Shown here piece after piece: positions 10,123 to 18,061 of a stretch of 64,000 nt of DNA. The notes below the pieces were generated by a model. That model was not told the DNA's origin. It was given only the letters and a program-made list of their open reading frames with translations, and did no database searches. Every line of letters begins with the position of its first letter. Positions within the stretch are counted from its first letter, which is position 1. The translations under genes and the position numbers were made by a program. The stretch lies in IMG/VR virus record IMGVR_UViG_3300031951_000008. One strand, 5' to 3'. Source of the DNA: a virus. Its lineage: Duplodnaviria; Caudoviricetes.

Positions 10123-10585
10123 GAATTTTAGATTGGTTTTAGAGAATCCTCCTAATAATAGTAATAGTATAGCCAGGAGGACTAGATGTAATGTGTACAT
10201 TCTAAGTGATATCTTACTGACACCTGAGCTATGTGAAAGGCATCGCGGTAAAGTATTCGTTTTTGCTGATAACTCTGAAAGATGGGGCAAAGCTGGACAA
10301 GCTATAATCCGTGATTGTCCTAACAGCTTTGGTATAAGGACTAAAGTAAGCCCTAGAGTTTATGTAACCGACCAAATGTTCGAGAAATATTGTTCTTGGG
10401 TCAAGGACGACTTAGAGACGCTATTGCAGATGAATCATTTTAGGGATGTAGTATTGCATGCGTCAGGATATGGTAATGGATTGGCCGATATGCCTAAAAG
10501 AGCACCGAAGTGTTATGAGTATTTGAACTTAGCATTGAATAAGTTTTGTGGTGGCAATTACTTCGATATTCACGCCACAAGCTAA
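10115..10585 (+). CDS. Conserved phage hypothetical protein (VFVF.DN...G..GQA.IR family)
   Basis: VFVFADNSERWGKAGQAIIRDCPNSFGIRTK and GYGNGLA; GTG start at 10115 chosen instead of the overlapping 10025 start. Confidence 0.65.
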   Translation: MIENFRLVLENPPNNSNSIARRTRCNVYILSDILLTPELCERHRGKVFVFADNSERWGKAGQAIIRDCPNSFGIRTKVSPRVYVTDQMFEKYCSWVKDDLETLLQMNHFRDVVLHASGYGNGLADMPKRAPKCYEYLNLALNKFCGGNYFDIHATS

Positions 10586-10667
10586 ACGACCACATGTTAT
10601 CAGAATGAGCCTCTAATAATTAGTGTCGTGTTGGGCCATCAACATGATTTGTATAAGGAGCTATGTA

Positions 10668-11213
10668 ATGAGCAGTTGGAAATGGATTTGTGCAGCGATG
10701 TTAAGCTGCTTGTCTGTCGGTTCGGCCTTTTCGCAGGACTGCGTTAATGGTCTGTGTTCGCTGGAGAGGATCAGCCGTGTTGAAAGAATCGACACATCAG
10801 GGATCGTACTTGCCCCTGGCGAAGTGTTGGTCTCCGTGAATGGTGTACCAGTAAACCAAACCGGACCTGTCCGACAGGTAGTGGGTGAGGCGATGGCCGT
10901 AACGGGATCGGTGGTCACTGGTACAGTCCAGGCTGTTGGGCACGTTTTTGGAGCTATCGGAGGCAGAGCAGTCAACCGCGATCCAGTAGCTTATGAGCAC
11001 GCATTACGTGAGGCACAGATCTTAGCTTCTCGCAGAATGCATGGCCATCCACTTGGCGTGGCCCCTGGGTGTTCATACTCTGGTACTGGTACATCGTTTA
11101 GCTCAAATTCGCCCAACCATTGCTACATGAACTTGGGAGAAGATCGGCTCGTAGCGAGGGCATTTGTGCAAGGAGCGGACGGTAAATATTACTGGTCAGC
11201 ACACTACCGCTAA
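10668..11213 (+). CDS. Secreted Cys-containing protein with degenerate CAP/SCP-like C-terminus
   Basis: AAGGAG RBS; signal-peptide-like MSSWKWICAAMLSCLSVGSAFSQ followed by DCVNGLC; C-terminal HPLG...GADGKYYWSAHYR. Confidence 0.65.
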   Translation: MSSWKWICAAMLSCLSVGSAFSQDCVNGLCSLERISRVERIDTSGIVLAPGEVLVSVNGVPVNQTGPVRQVVGEAMAVTGSVVTGTVQAVGHVFGAIGGRAVNRDPVAYEHALREAQILASRRMHGHPLGVAPGCSYSGTGTSFSSNSPNHCYMNLGEDRLVARAFVQGADGKYYWSAHYR

Positions 11214-11219
11214 CGTAAA

Positions 11220-11254
11220 AAGTGGCGGCGGCTGGGCAAAAACAGTCGCCACTT
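11220..11254 (+). other. GC-rich hairpin (terminator or processing site) ahead of the RNA cluster
   Basis: AAGTGGCG pairs with CGCCACTT, with inner GCTG/CAGT. Confidence 0.5.
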
Positions 11255-11256
11255 AG

Positions 11257-11338
11257 GAATACTGTGTAGATACAAGGCTGAGTCAGTTCAACGGTTCGAA
11301 GACCTGACAAGACGGCCATCAGCAAAATCGCGGTATTC
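11257..11338 (+). ncRNA. Unassigned structured RNA candidate
   Basis: Nested helices GAATACTGTG/CGCGGTATTC, GCTGA/TCAGC, GTCAG/CTGAC, GGT/ACC; non-coding and directly upstream of the tRNA-like genes. Confidence 0.45.
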
Positions 11339-11342
11339 AGTA

Positions 11343-11413
11343 AGGGTCGTAGCTCAGACGGCAGAGCGGAGAATATATTTCTCAGGACGATGGTTCGACT
11401 CCATCCGATCTTT
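11343..11413 (+). ncRNA. tRNA-like RNA / pseudo-tRNA with 5-nt anticodon loop
   Basis: Acceptor AGGGTCG/CGATCTT, D arm GCTC/GAGC, T arm GATGG-TTCGACT-CCATC; anticodon arm GAGAA-TATAT-TTCTC has only a 5-nt loop. Confidence 0.7.
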
Positions 11414-11419
11414 GTAATA

Positions 11420-11504
11420 GGGGCTGTGGCGGAACAGGCATACGCAACAGACTTAAAATTTGTCGGGAGTTAATCCCATGTGGGTTCGAATCCCATCAGC
11501 CCCA
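11420..11504 (+). tRNA. tRNA-Leu (anticodon TAA)
   Basis: Acceptor GGGGCTG/CAGCCCC, anticodon arm ACAGA-CTTAAAA-TTTGT, long variable arm GGGA..TCCC, T arm GTGGG-TTCGAAT-CCCAT; CCA not encoded. Confidence 0.92.
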
Positions 11505-11520
11505 TTGCTGAGTAAAAATT

Positions 11521-11910
11521 ATGACACAAGTAGATTGGGACCAATTCAAAAACGGCTGGGCGACAGGCTCAATGACATGCCGGAAGTGTGGCAAGATATT
11601 CGAAGGAGTCAGATTTAGGTATTCATGTCACGACAAAGTCGAAGGCGAGTGGCCTGAGTGCTGTGGTGATTCAGCTAAATTTAATAACGACTGGCATCCT
11701 GATAACAACGTTGATCTGCAGACTTGCACAGATATAGAAAAGTGTGAAGATTGCGGTACAGTTAAGATAGAACAAATTCGACAAGGTGGACTTTGGTCAA
11801 TAGTGTGTAACTGTAGGTCGGTTACATCAGCAACGCCGCTGGGATGTAGGCGGAAGTGGGAAGCCAAGCAAAATGCTATACGGTTCGATAGGTCCACAGA
11901 GCAGTTTTGA
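11521..11910 (+). CDS. Hypothetical Cys-rich (Zn-ribbon-like) protein
   Basis: CRKC, ECC, CEDC, CNC pairs. Confidence 0.6.
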   Translation: MTQVDWDQFKNGWATGSMTCRKCGKIFEGVRFRYSCHDKVEGEWPECCGDSAKFNNDWHPDNNVDLQTCTDIEKCEDCGTVKIEQIRQGGLWSIVCNCRSVTSATPLGCRRKWEAKQNAIRFDRSTEQF

Positions 11911-12242
11911 AGGAACGCCGAAGAGTGTCTGAAACTACTTTTGTTAATGGCGGTAAGGTATTACTACAATTTGTTGAGACTAAATGGAATGGCAGCCGAT
12001 GGCAGTTGGCCCATCTTCTTGGGTGGCCTGAAAGCAAGTTATCTAAGATATTAAATTCTATATATACTTGCAGTTACCAAGATTTCTGTGCCGTTGTTAC
12101 CGCAGTAAAAGGAGAAGACCCAATGATCATTGCGGACATGCTAGCCAGAGTTTATATGATGGATATCAGTATGGTCTGCGGAGATATGCCGTTATTTTGG
12201 AGCATATTACTTAACAAACTTAATAGTAATACTGGTCGTTGA
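11907..12242 (+). CDS. Hypothetical protein, possible HTH
   Basis: SRWQLAHLLGWPESKLSKILN resembles an XRE-type helix-turn-helix. Confidence 0.45.
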   Translation: MKERRRVSETTFVNGGKVLLQFVETKWNGSRWQLAHLLGWPESKLSKILNSIYTCSYQDFCAVVTAVKGEDPMIIADMLARVYMMDISMVCGDMPLFWSILLNKLNSNTGR

Positions 12243-12613
12243 TGCAAACGCTTCGAAAGGCAGTATGCCAAGATATGGAAGATCGGTTCAGTTCTGAGAC
12301 TATTGAGATATCTTTTGGGTATCTAGCTGACGCACTACCATATTGCATCACGGTTGAGTCTACAAATGCAAGTTGTCCAAGGTGCTTCTCTCAGCACGCA
12401 GGCAACAGAATCATACTATGCGAAGTGATCTTTCATGAAGATCTTACACTGAGTCTGGCTGTCTTTAATAATAAATCGCAAGTAGCCAAGCACATAAAGC
12501 AAGTGAGCAGGTACGATATAACAGATCCTGATGCATACCTAAGTTTATGCGATATATTATCTGGAATTATCAAATCATGGGATGGCTGCGGCAAGTTCTG
12601 CAACTACCAATGA
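12239..12613 (+). CDS. Hypothetical protein
   Basis: Coupled (4-nt overlap) to the upstream ORF. Confidence 0.55.
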   Translation: MMQTLRKAVCQDMEDRFSSETIEISFGYLADALPYCITVESTNASCPRCFSQHAGNRIILCEVIFHEDLTLSLAVFNNKSQVAKHIKQVSRYDITDPDAYLSLCDILSGIIKSWDGCGKFCNYQ

Positions 12614-13741
12614 CTAATAACAGTATCTAATGCGACCATAAGGCGTAATGTTGGATATGAGTCCCTTTATAGTCTGCTTGAGATGTACTTTGTCTTTAGT
12701 ACTGTAGCTTAAAACATTAGGCTTATTTGGCTTTGGTACTATCGGTAGTGGACCTTCTACCATCATTTTGTGAGCTTTAGGGGCGTAGTTAGAGACGCAC
12801 TCAAATTGTGATGTAGCATGTGTTAGGAAGATGATCTCATACGCTAACTGATCTTTAGCCCTCTGAGATAAACTATTATCAATTAACTGAAGTAAATCAG
12901 TATACTCGTCAATAAAATCTGAGGTCACAATAATCGGGGATAAGTTGATGTGCACCTCGAACCCTTTTTCGACTAAATCGTTAACAGCCGCGAGTCTGCT
13001 TGTGATAGTAGCAGTGTTTATCTCTAGCGCCTTTCTGTGATGTTCGGGCATGAGAGAAAGACGTATTCTGTGGTGAGAAGGCCGCTTGATGTCGCTTAAG
13101 AAACGGTTGAACTGTGATGACTTAGTGGCGAAAGATGTTTTAACGCCAGGAATCAATGAGACTTGATTCATAATATCAATAATGTGCCCACTATATCCTG
13201 CGTGTGACGTTAACTGGTTGTCAAGTACACAGTCACTATCGCATCCAAGATCAAATGTGATGTTGTTACAATGGTTATTGTCTCTATGTTTTTCAAAGTC
13301 TTTTTTGGCAACGGCTAGCATCTTTTCACGCCAGGCCTGCTCGCTATTGATAGTTTGCTTAATCATTTCTACGACATTAAAGGCATCATCATATAGTTTC
13401 AGAAAGTTATTAGGAAAGTGACGCTCAGTATAGCAGTAAGTACAACCGAACCCACAGCCTTGCGAGATCATTAGTCCAGGCAAGAAGTCTGTAGAATTGC
13501 CGTTAGGATCAGGCTTCCATTTAGCTTCTCTGTGCAGAAGAGCAGCTTTAGTCTTCTTCTCTCTAAAGTGCTCAGATGGCCTGTGGTCAGATAAACCATA
13601 CATGCTATTGTATGATTCTGTATTATGTTTAATAAGTACTATCTCTGCAGATGGGTGGGCTGCAGTGATATGATTATACAATTCTGTTTCGATTGACTTA
13701 GAATTAACATAGATTGTATTTGGGTGAATTAGTGCTTCCAT
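12614..13741 (-). CDS. splB: Spore photoproduct lyase family radical SAM protein
   Basis: PNGNSTDF...GCGFGCTYCY (CxxxCxxC), SFATK, RIRLSLMP, RLAAVNDLVEKGFEVHINLSPII, EIIFLTH. Confidence 0.8.
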   Translation of the reverse strand: MEALIHPNTIYVNSKSIETELYNHITAAHPSAEIVLIKHNTESYNSMYGLSDHRPSEHFREKKTKAALLHREAKWKPDPNGNSTDFLPGLMISQGCGFGCTYCYTERHFPNNFLKLYDDAFNVVEMIKQTINSEQAWREKMLAVAKKDFEKHRDNNHCNNITFDLGCDSDCVLDNQLTSHAGYSGHIIDIMNQVSLIPGVKTSFATKSSQFNRFLSDIKRPSHHRIRLSLMPEHHRKALEINTATITSRLAAVNDLVEKGFEVHINLSPIIVTSDFIDEYTDLLQLIDNSLSQRAKDQLAYEIIFLTHATSQFECVSNYAPKAHKMMVEGPLPIVPKPNKPNVLSYSTKDKVHLKQTIKGLISNITPYGRIRYCY

Positions 13742-13749
13742 GAAGCATC

Positions 13750-13803
13750 TGTGGCAGGTTTGGGTTTAACAGCGAATTCGCGTCTTACCCAACACCTGCC
13801 ACA
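13750..13803. promoter_or_regulatory. Long inverted repeat between divergent genes
   Basis: TGTGGCAGGT/ACCTGCCACA plus TTGGGT/ACCCAA; lies 8 nt from the lyase start and 12 nt from the 13816 start. Confidence 0.6.
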
Positions 13804-13815
13804 AAAAGATACAGT

Positions 13816-14073
13816 ATGGGAAAGTTCAAGCCAAATCAGATAACTGCTATATTTGTTATGCTGTGTAGCTTCCTATACGTAGCATACGACTTTATCGCAT
13901 TTAGCTTATGGGGTGGTGAGGCGACTATCAGTTATGTATTTAATAGCTACGCATGGAGTCATCCTGTGGGGCTATTTTTAACAGCTTTTGTTTGTGGTGG
14001 TTTGACCGTCCACTTTTTAAGGTGGGCTCCTTTAGAGAGACAAGTTAATGATAATAGGGACGAAAAACAATAG
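13816..14073 (+). CDS. Small membrane protein
   Basis: Two hydrophobic segments. Confidence 0.65.
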   Translation: MGKFKPNQITAIFVMLCSFLYVAYDFIAFSLWGGEATISYVFNSYAWSHPVGLFLTAFVCGGLTVHFLRWAPLERQVNDNRDEKQ

Positions 14074-14503
14074 TCTAGTCGCAGTAGAAGCTATAAAGCA
14101 ATGTGGAGATGGTTTAGACACGCTACTAAAGCGATTTGCTGATAAGTCTACGATTAATGCCCATTTAATCACACATGAAGTGCACTTTCTGACGGATAGT
14201 GTAGCGAAGAGCAAGTCACACTTGTTTCTCGCTTCTCCAGGTGCGGTAGTGTTGGTGCATGCTGTGGTTGGCATAAATGCTGCGGCTATAAATTTAAACC
14301 CAAACCAAGAGATCTTTATAGACCATTTAGGCAAGAAGGTATATGAGCGACTATCTGCTACTAAATTAAATTACACGAGCCAAGGTGGCCAGAAGGCTAA
14401 TCGAGGAGTTAGAGTAAGGATTAATAACAAGCTGATATATTTTCTTCGTGAATTGCCTGGTCAATATGAGGCATTCGCTGATGTTTTTGCAGTACTAGTA
14501 TAA
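14048..14503 (+). CDS. Hypothetical protein
   Basis: 151-aa ORF followed by a terminator. Confidence 0.55.
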   Translation: MIIGTKNNSLVAVEAIKQCGDGLDTLLKRFADKSTINAHLITHEVHFLTDSVAKSKSHLFLASPGAVVLVHAVVGINAAAINLNPNQEIFIDHLGKKVYERLSATKLNYTSQGGQKANRGVRVRINNKLIYFLRELPGQYEAFADVFAVLV

Positions 14504-14509
14504 TAAAAA

Positions 14510-14533
14510 GTTGCCCTCATTTCTGAGGGCAAC
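14510..14533. terminator. Intrinsic terminator (T-tract on minus strand, probably bidirectional)
   Basis: GTTGCCCTCA-TTTC-TGAGGGCAAC preceded by AAAAA on the plus strand. Confidence 0.75.
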
Positions 14534-14866
14534 AGCGCACATATAGCGGGATTCACGCTAATCCCATTTATTAAGCGTCTTGTCCTGGATGACTCAAGTG
14601 ACTCTCCGGTACTTGGAATGATATTTATTTGACTAAGATGCCAGCTTGCTTGTTGTTACAAGTGATGCTCTTTTTTAGAGCTTTCAAGGTTTGACCATCT
14701 TTTTAAGGAGAGAGCCAAGCAACACTAGCCAATCTCCATATCATTACCGACAGCGAATCAGCCAGCCTATACTACCGACCGATCTAGCTTCGACAACACA
14801 TCATAAGCGAGGGGCATTTGTCTATTCAATTGATTTGTGCAGAGGTATAGCAGGATCATTAAGGCC

Positions 14867-15439
14867 TTACCATGCTTCTTTTTTGCCGCCGTCATAAGGT
14901 TTAGCAAGCTTGTTATTAATTAATAATTGGCCTAAATTATAGCCATCAACTATAACATCTGCATCTAGTCTGAAGTATTTGTCACGTTTGATGTTCTTTA
15001 GTTCTATAACACTACTACTGGCGAGTGTTTGAGTCACAAATCGTTTAGCATTTTCAGCTAACTTTTTGATGCCAGGGTCTTTAGAATCGATTTCAGGTGT
15101 GTCTACCCCATTGATTCTTATCGGCATAGCTGTGCCTATAACGGGTGGCCAGTCTTTAATGTCAACGGTAAGAGTGTCACCATCGTATACTCGTACGACT
15201 CTTTGTATTATTACTTTGTATTGTTGAGTAGGTTTTTTGGCGGCTTGAGGTACTATCTCAATCTTTGATGGTTTGCCGATGTTTTTATTAAGTACTAGAT
15301 ATAATAGATAAAATACGAAGACGATAATAAATAGGGTGAAAAACGATTTAGGCATCTTAAAGAACGTAGGGATAATAGGTCGCCTTTTATCACTGCCTGT
15401 ATTGTGTCTTCTGTTCAAAATTCTTCTTATCAGCCGCAT
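14867..15439 (-). CDS. Thermonuclease (SNase) family protein with N-terminal membrane anchor
   Basis: RVYDGDTL, IRINGVDTPE, RDKYFRLDADV.VDG; hydrophobic segment near the N-terminus. Confidence 0.88.
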   Translation of the reverse strand: MRLIRRILNRRHNTGSDKRRPIIPTFFKMPKSFFTLFIIVFVFYLLYLVLNKNIGKPSKIEIVPQAAKKPTQQYKVIIQRVVRVYDGDTLTVDIKDWPPVIGTAMPIRINGVDTPEIDSKDPGIKKLAENAKRFVTQTLASSSVIELKNIKRDKYFRLDADVIVDGYNLGQLLINNKLAKPYDGGKKEAW

Positions 15440-16151
15440 CGAATCTCTCCATCATAGCACTCACTAACTTGTGTCGTACTATATCTTTTAATGTAAATGT
15501 GAAAGTACCAATGCCTGTTAGGCCTTTGAGATTTTCAAGTATAGACTGAAGACCACTGTCTGGTATGTCTGCTTGTGTTGTATCACCACATATAATTATC
15601 TTACTGCCATTGCCAAAACGGCTAAGATATAGCTTTAATTGCTTGTATGTGCAGTTTTGGGCTTCATCTAATATATGTATACTATCTTCAAAGGTAACGC
15701 CACGCATATAAGCTAATGGTTTTGTGACGATCTCTATGTGCCCCTTACCTATCTTAGTAGCGCAATTATCAATAGGCTCCATGAACGGTGCTACCTTATC
15801 CTTGATTTCTCCAGGCAGCCAACCTAAGTGTTCATGTGCTTCTACTAGAGGCCGAGTTATAACGATCTTTTCATATTGCTTAAGCTTAGATGCTTGTATA
15901 GCATAGGCTGTGGCGATATGCGTCTTCGCTGTACCTGCTGGACCGACTAAAAAAGTTATCAGATTATTTTTAATGGTATCCCAGGCTTTTTGTTGAGCTT
16001 GGTTCTTTGGACGGAATCTTTGATCTACTAGATCTTGCTTTGGTGCTTCTGCCCGCGACTTTGGTGCTTCTGCCCGCGACTTGGAATTGCGTGGTGCTTG
16101 ACTACGTGGTCTTGGTTTAGAATTACGTTTAGACATTTTGGCTACTAGCAA
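15390..16151 (-). CDS. phoH: PhoH-like ATPase
   Basis: GPAGTAKT, ITRPLVE, LGWLPG, PLAYMRGVTF, ILDEAQN, GDTTQAD, DIVRH. Confidence 0.93.
   Translation of the reverse strand: MLVAKMSKRNSKPRPRSQAPRNSKSRAEAPKSRAEAPKQDLVDQRFRPKNQAQQKAWDTIKNNLITFLVGPAGTAKTHIATAYAIQASKLKQYEKIVITRPLVEAHEHLGWLPGEIKDKVAPFMEPIDNCATKIGKGHIEIVTKPLAYMRGVTFEDSIHILDEAQNCTYKQLKLYLSRFGNGSKIIICGDTTQADIPDSGLQSILENLKGLTGIGTFTFTLKDIVRHKLVSAMMERFDAADKKNFEQKTQYRQ
16038..16082. repeat. 21-bp tandem duplication inside phoH (SRAEAPK x2)
   Basis: CTTTGGTGCTTCTGCCCGCGA repeated twice. Confidence 0.8.
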
Positions 16152-16196
16152 GTCGAGTTTAGTTTATAACTAATTTATATTTTAGATCGTAAATAA

Positions 16197-17147
16197 TTGG
16201 TAGGATTGAGAATTATTCTAGAGGGCATGATGAGCAAAAGAATAACTGTTGTGCTGATGGGCAGCCGAGGCTATATCGGATCACATATTTTGCAAGGGCT
16301 TAAAGCTCGTTCTAGCAGTTATGCAGACATCAAAATTTGTGATAGGGCCGAAGGCTTATCAGAGTTATTGTCTAGTATACCTTTTAATAGTGCCGTACTA
16401 CCGTGTGGCAGCGATAAAGTATATGTAATTAATTGCATTGGATACGTCGGCAAGCCAAATGTAGATGCATGTGAAGACAATAAAGAAGTTTGTTATAATA
16501 CGAATGTCGTTCTTCCCTTAAAATTAGCAGAGATATGTAGGAGGGCTAGTGAGTCTCCGCGATTGAAGGTAGTATATGGACATGTGTCTTCCGGTTGCAT
16601 CTACCAAGGCACTAACAATGGTGCTGGGTTTAAGGAAAGTGATGAGCCCAACTTCACATTTACCACCGGTGGAAGCTATTATAGTGGTTGTAAAGCTGAG
16701 GCTGAAAAACTATTGACACCTTATGCAGAGAAGTATGTTTGGCGAATTAGAATTCCTTTTGATAATGTAGACGGGGACCGAAATTATATAACTAAATTAA
16801 TGAAGTATAGTAAATTGCTAGAAGTCGACAACTCTATATCATTCCTACCAGATGTTGTAGACTCGATATTAGATTGTTGCGGTGAACGGCATATTGAGTA
16901 CGGAACTTATAATTTAACCAATTCAGATAGTGTCAAAGCGAGCCAGATTATAGCGTTGTTAGAAAAGCACAATATGGTAGATGCGAAGAAATACAATTAT
17001 CTATCAGAAGACGATTTTAGGCCATTAGTGCGTGCACCTCGGTCTAGCTGCGTTCTGGACAATAGCAAGGCTATCGAAGCTGGTTTGCCCTTAGGATCTG
17101 CTTTGGCGAGACTCGAATGGAGTATTAAAAATTGGAAAAAATCTTAG
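16197..17147 (+). CDS. rmlD: dTDP-4-dehydrorhamnose reductase-like, NRS/ER (3,5-epimerase/4-reductase) subtype
   Basis: GSRGYIG, INCIGYVGKPNVDACE, HVSSGCIY, SYYSGCKAEAE, RIRIPF, RNYITKL. Confidence 0.8.
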   Translation: MVGLRIILEGMMSKRITVVLMGSRGYIGSHILQGLKARSSSYADIKICDRAEGLSELLSSIPFNSAVLPCGSDKVYVINCIGYVGKPNVDACEDNKEVCYNTNVVLPLKLAEICRRASESPRLKVVYGHVSSGCIYQGTNNGAGFKESDEPNFTFTTGGSYYSGCKAEAEKLLTPYAEKYVWRIRIPFDNVDGDRNYITKLMKYSKLLEVDNSISFLPDVVDSILDCCGERHIEYGTYNLTNSDSVKASQIIALLEKHNMVDAKKYNYLSEDDFRPLVRAPRSSCVLDNSKAIEAGLPLGSALARLEWSIKNWKKS

Positions 17148-18061
17148 TAACTGGCGGTGCGGGCTTTATAGGCAGTAATTTTGTCAAACTATATCAGAAT
17201 GATTATGATATAGTCGTTGTTGACAATCTCACGTACGCTTCTAATCTGCCTTATCTAAAGCAGTTCAAGCATACGTTTATAAAGGGAGACGTTAGAGACT
17301 ATGAGTTTATTCATGATGTAATATTATGTAATAAGCCTAGTGTAATTGTAAATTATGCTGCTGAAACCCATGTCGATAATTCAATTAGAGACCCTATGTC
17401 GTTTGCACAGACAAATGTGTTTGGTTTATGTAATATAGTAGAGACAATGAGACTACATGATCTCGAAACAAGGTTGATACATATTTCTACCGATGAGGTA
17501 TATGGCTCTACAAGGGATGGCTTGTTTAGTGAGTCTTCTAATATATCGCCTAGTTCTCCGTACTCGGCTACTAAAGCTGCGTCAGACCATATAGCGTTGG
17601 CTTATCATCGCACATACGGTCTGGATATAATCGTTACCAATTGCACAAATAACTACGGACCTAACCAACATAAAGAAAAGCTGATTCCCACTATAATACG
17701 CAATATGCTAGAGTCCAAACCAATTCCGGTTTACGGCGATGGTCAGAACGTCAGAGATTGGATACATGTTGATGATCACAACTACGCAATTAGATTATTA
17801 ATAGATAAAGGTGAAAAAGGACATAGGTATAATATTGGCTGTGACAATCAAGTGTCTAATATAAGACTTGTAGAAAAAGTGTGCGACTATGTACAAGAGG
17901 TAGCAGGTATACAACGGTCTGAAATTAGGTACGTGGAAGACCGTAAGGGTCACGACTTTAGGTATGCGGTCGATAGCAGTAAACTTCGATCATTAGGATG
18001 GATGCCTAGATACAATTTTGATCGAGGCCTTCGAGAAACAGTAGAGTGGTATTGCAGATGA
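17132..18061 (+). CDS. rmlB: dTDP-glucose 4,6-dehydratase
   Basis: LVTGGAGFIGSNF, AAETHVDNSI, HISTDEVYGS, PSSPYSATKA, TNCTNNYGP, RDWIHVDDH, DRKGHDFRYA. Confidence 0.95.
   Translation: MEKILVTGGAGFIGSNFVKLYQNDYDIVVVDNLTYASNLPYLKQFKHTFIKGDVRDYEFIHDVILCNKPSVIVNYAAETHVDNSIRDPMSFAQTNVFGLCNIVETMRLHDLETRLIHISTDEVYGSTRDGLFSESSNISPSSPYSATKAASDHIALAYHRTYGLDIIVTNCTNNYGPNQHKEKLIPTIIRNMLESKPIPVYGDGQNVRDWIHVDDHNYAIRLLIDKGEKGHRYNIGCDNQVSNIRLVEKVCDYVQEVAGIQRSEIRYVEDRKGHDFRYAVDSSKLRSLGWMPRYNFDRGLRETVEWYCR

Noticed and set aside
14534-14866. tmRNA or RNase P RNA
   Set aside because: No tRNA-like ends with a T arm, no tag ORF and no GAGGAAAGTCC-type core on either strand.
16152-16196. CAAAnnTA motif upstream of phoH/rml
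   Set aside because: Only imperfect matches (AAAATATA) in very AT-rich DNA.
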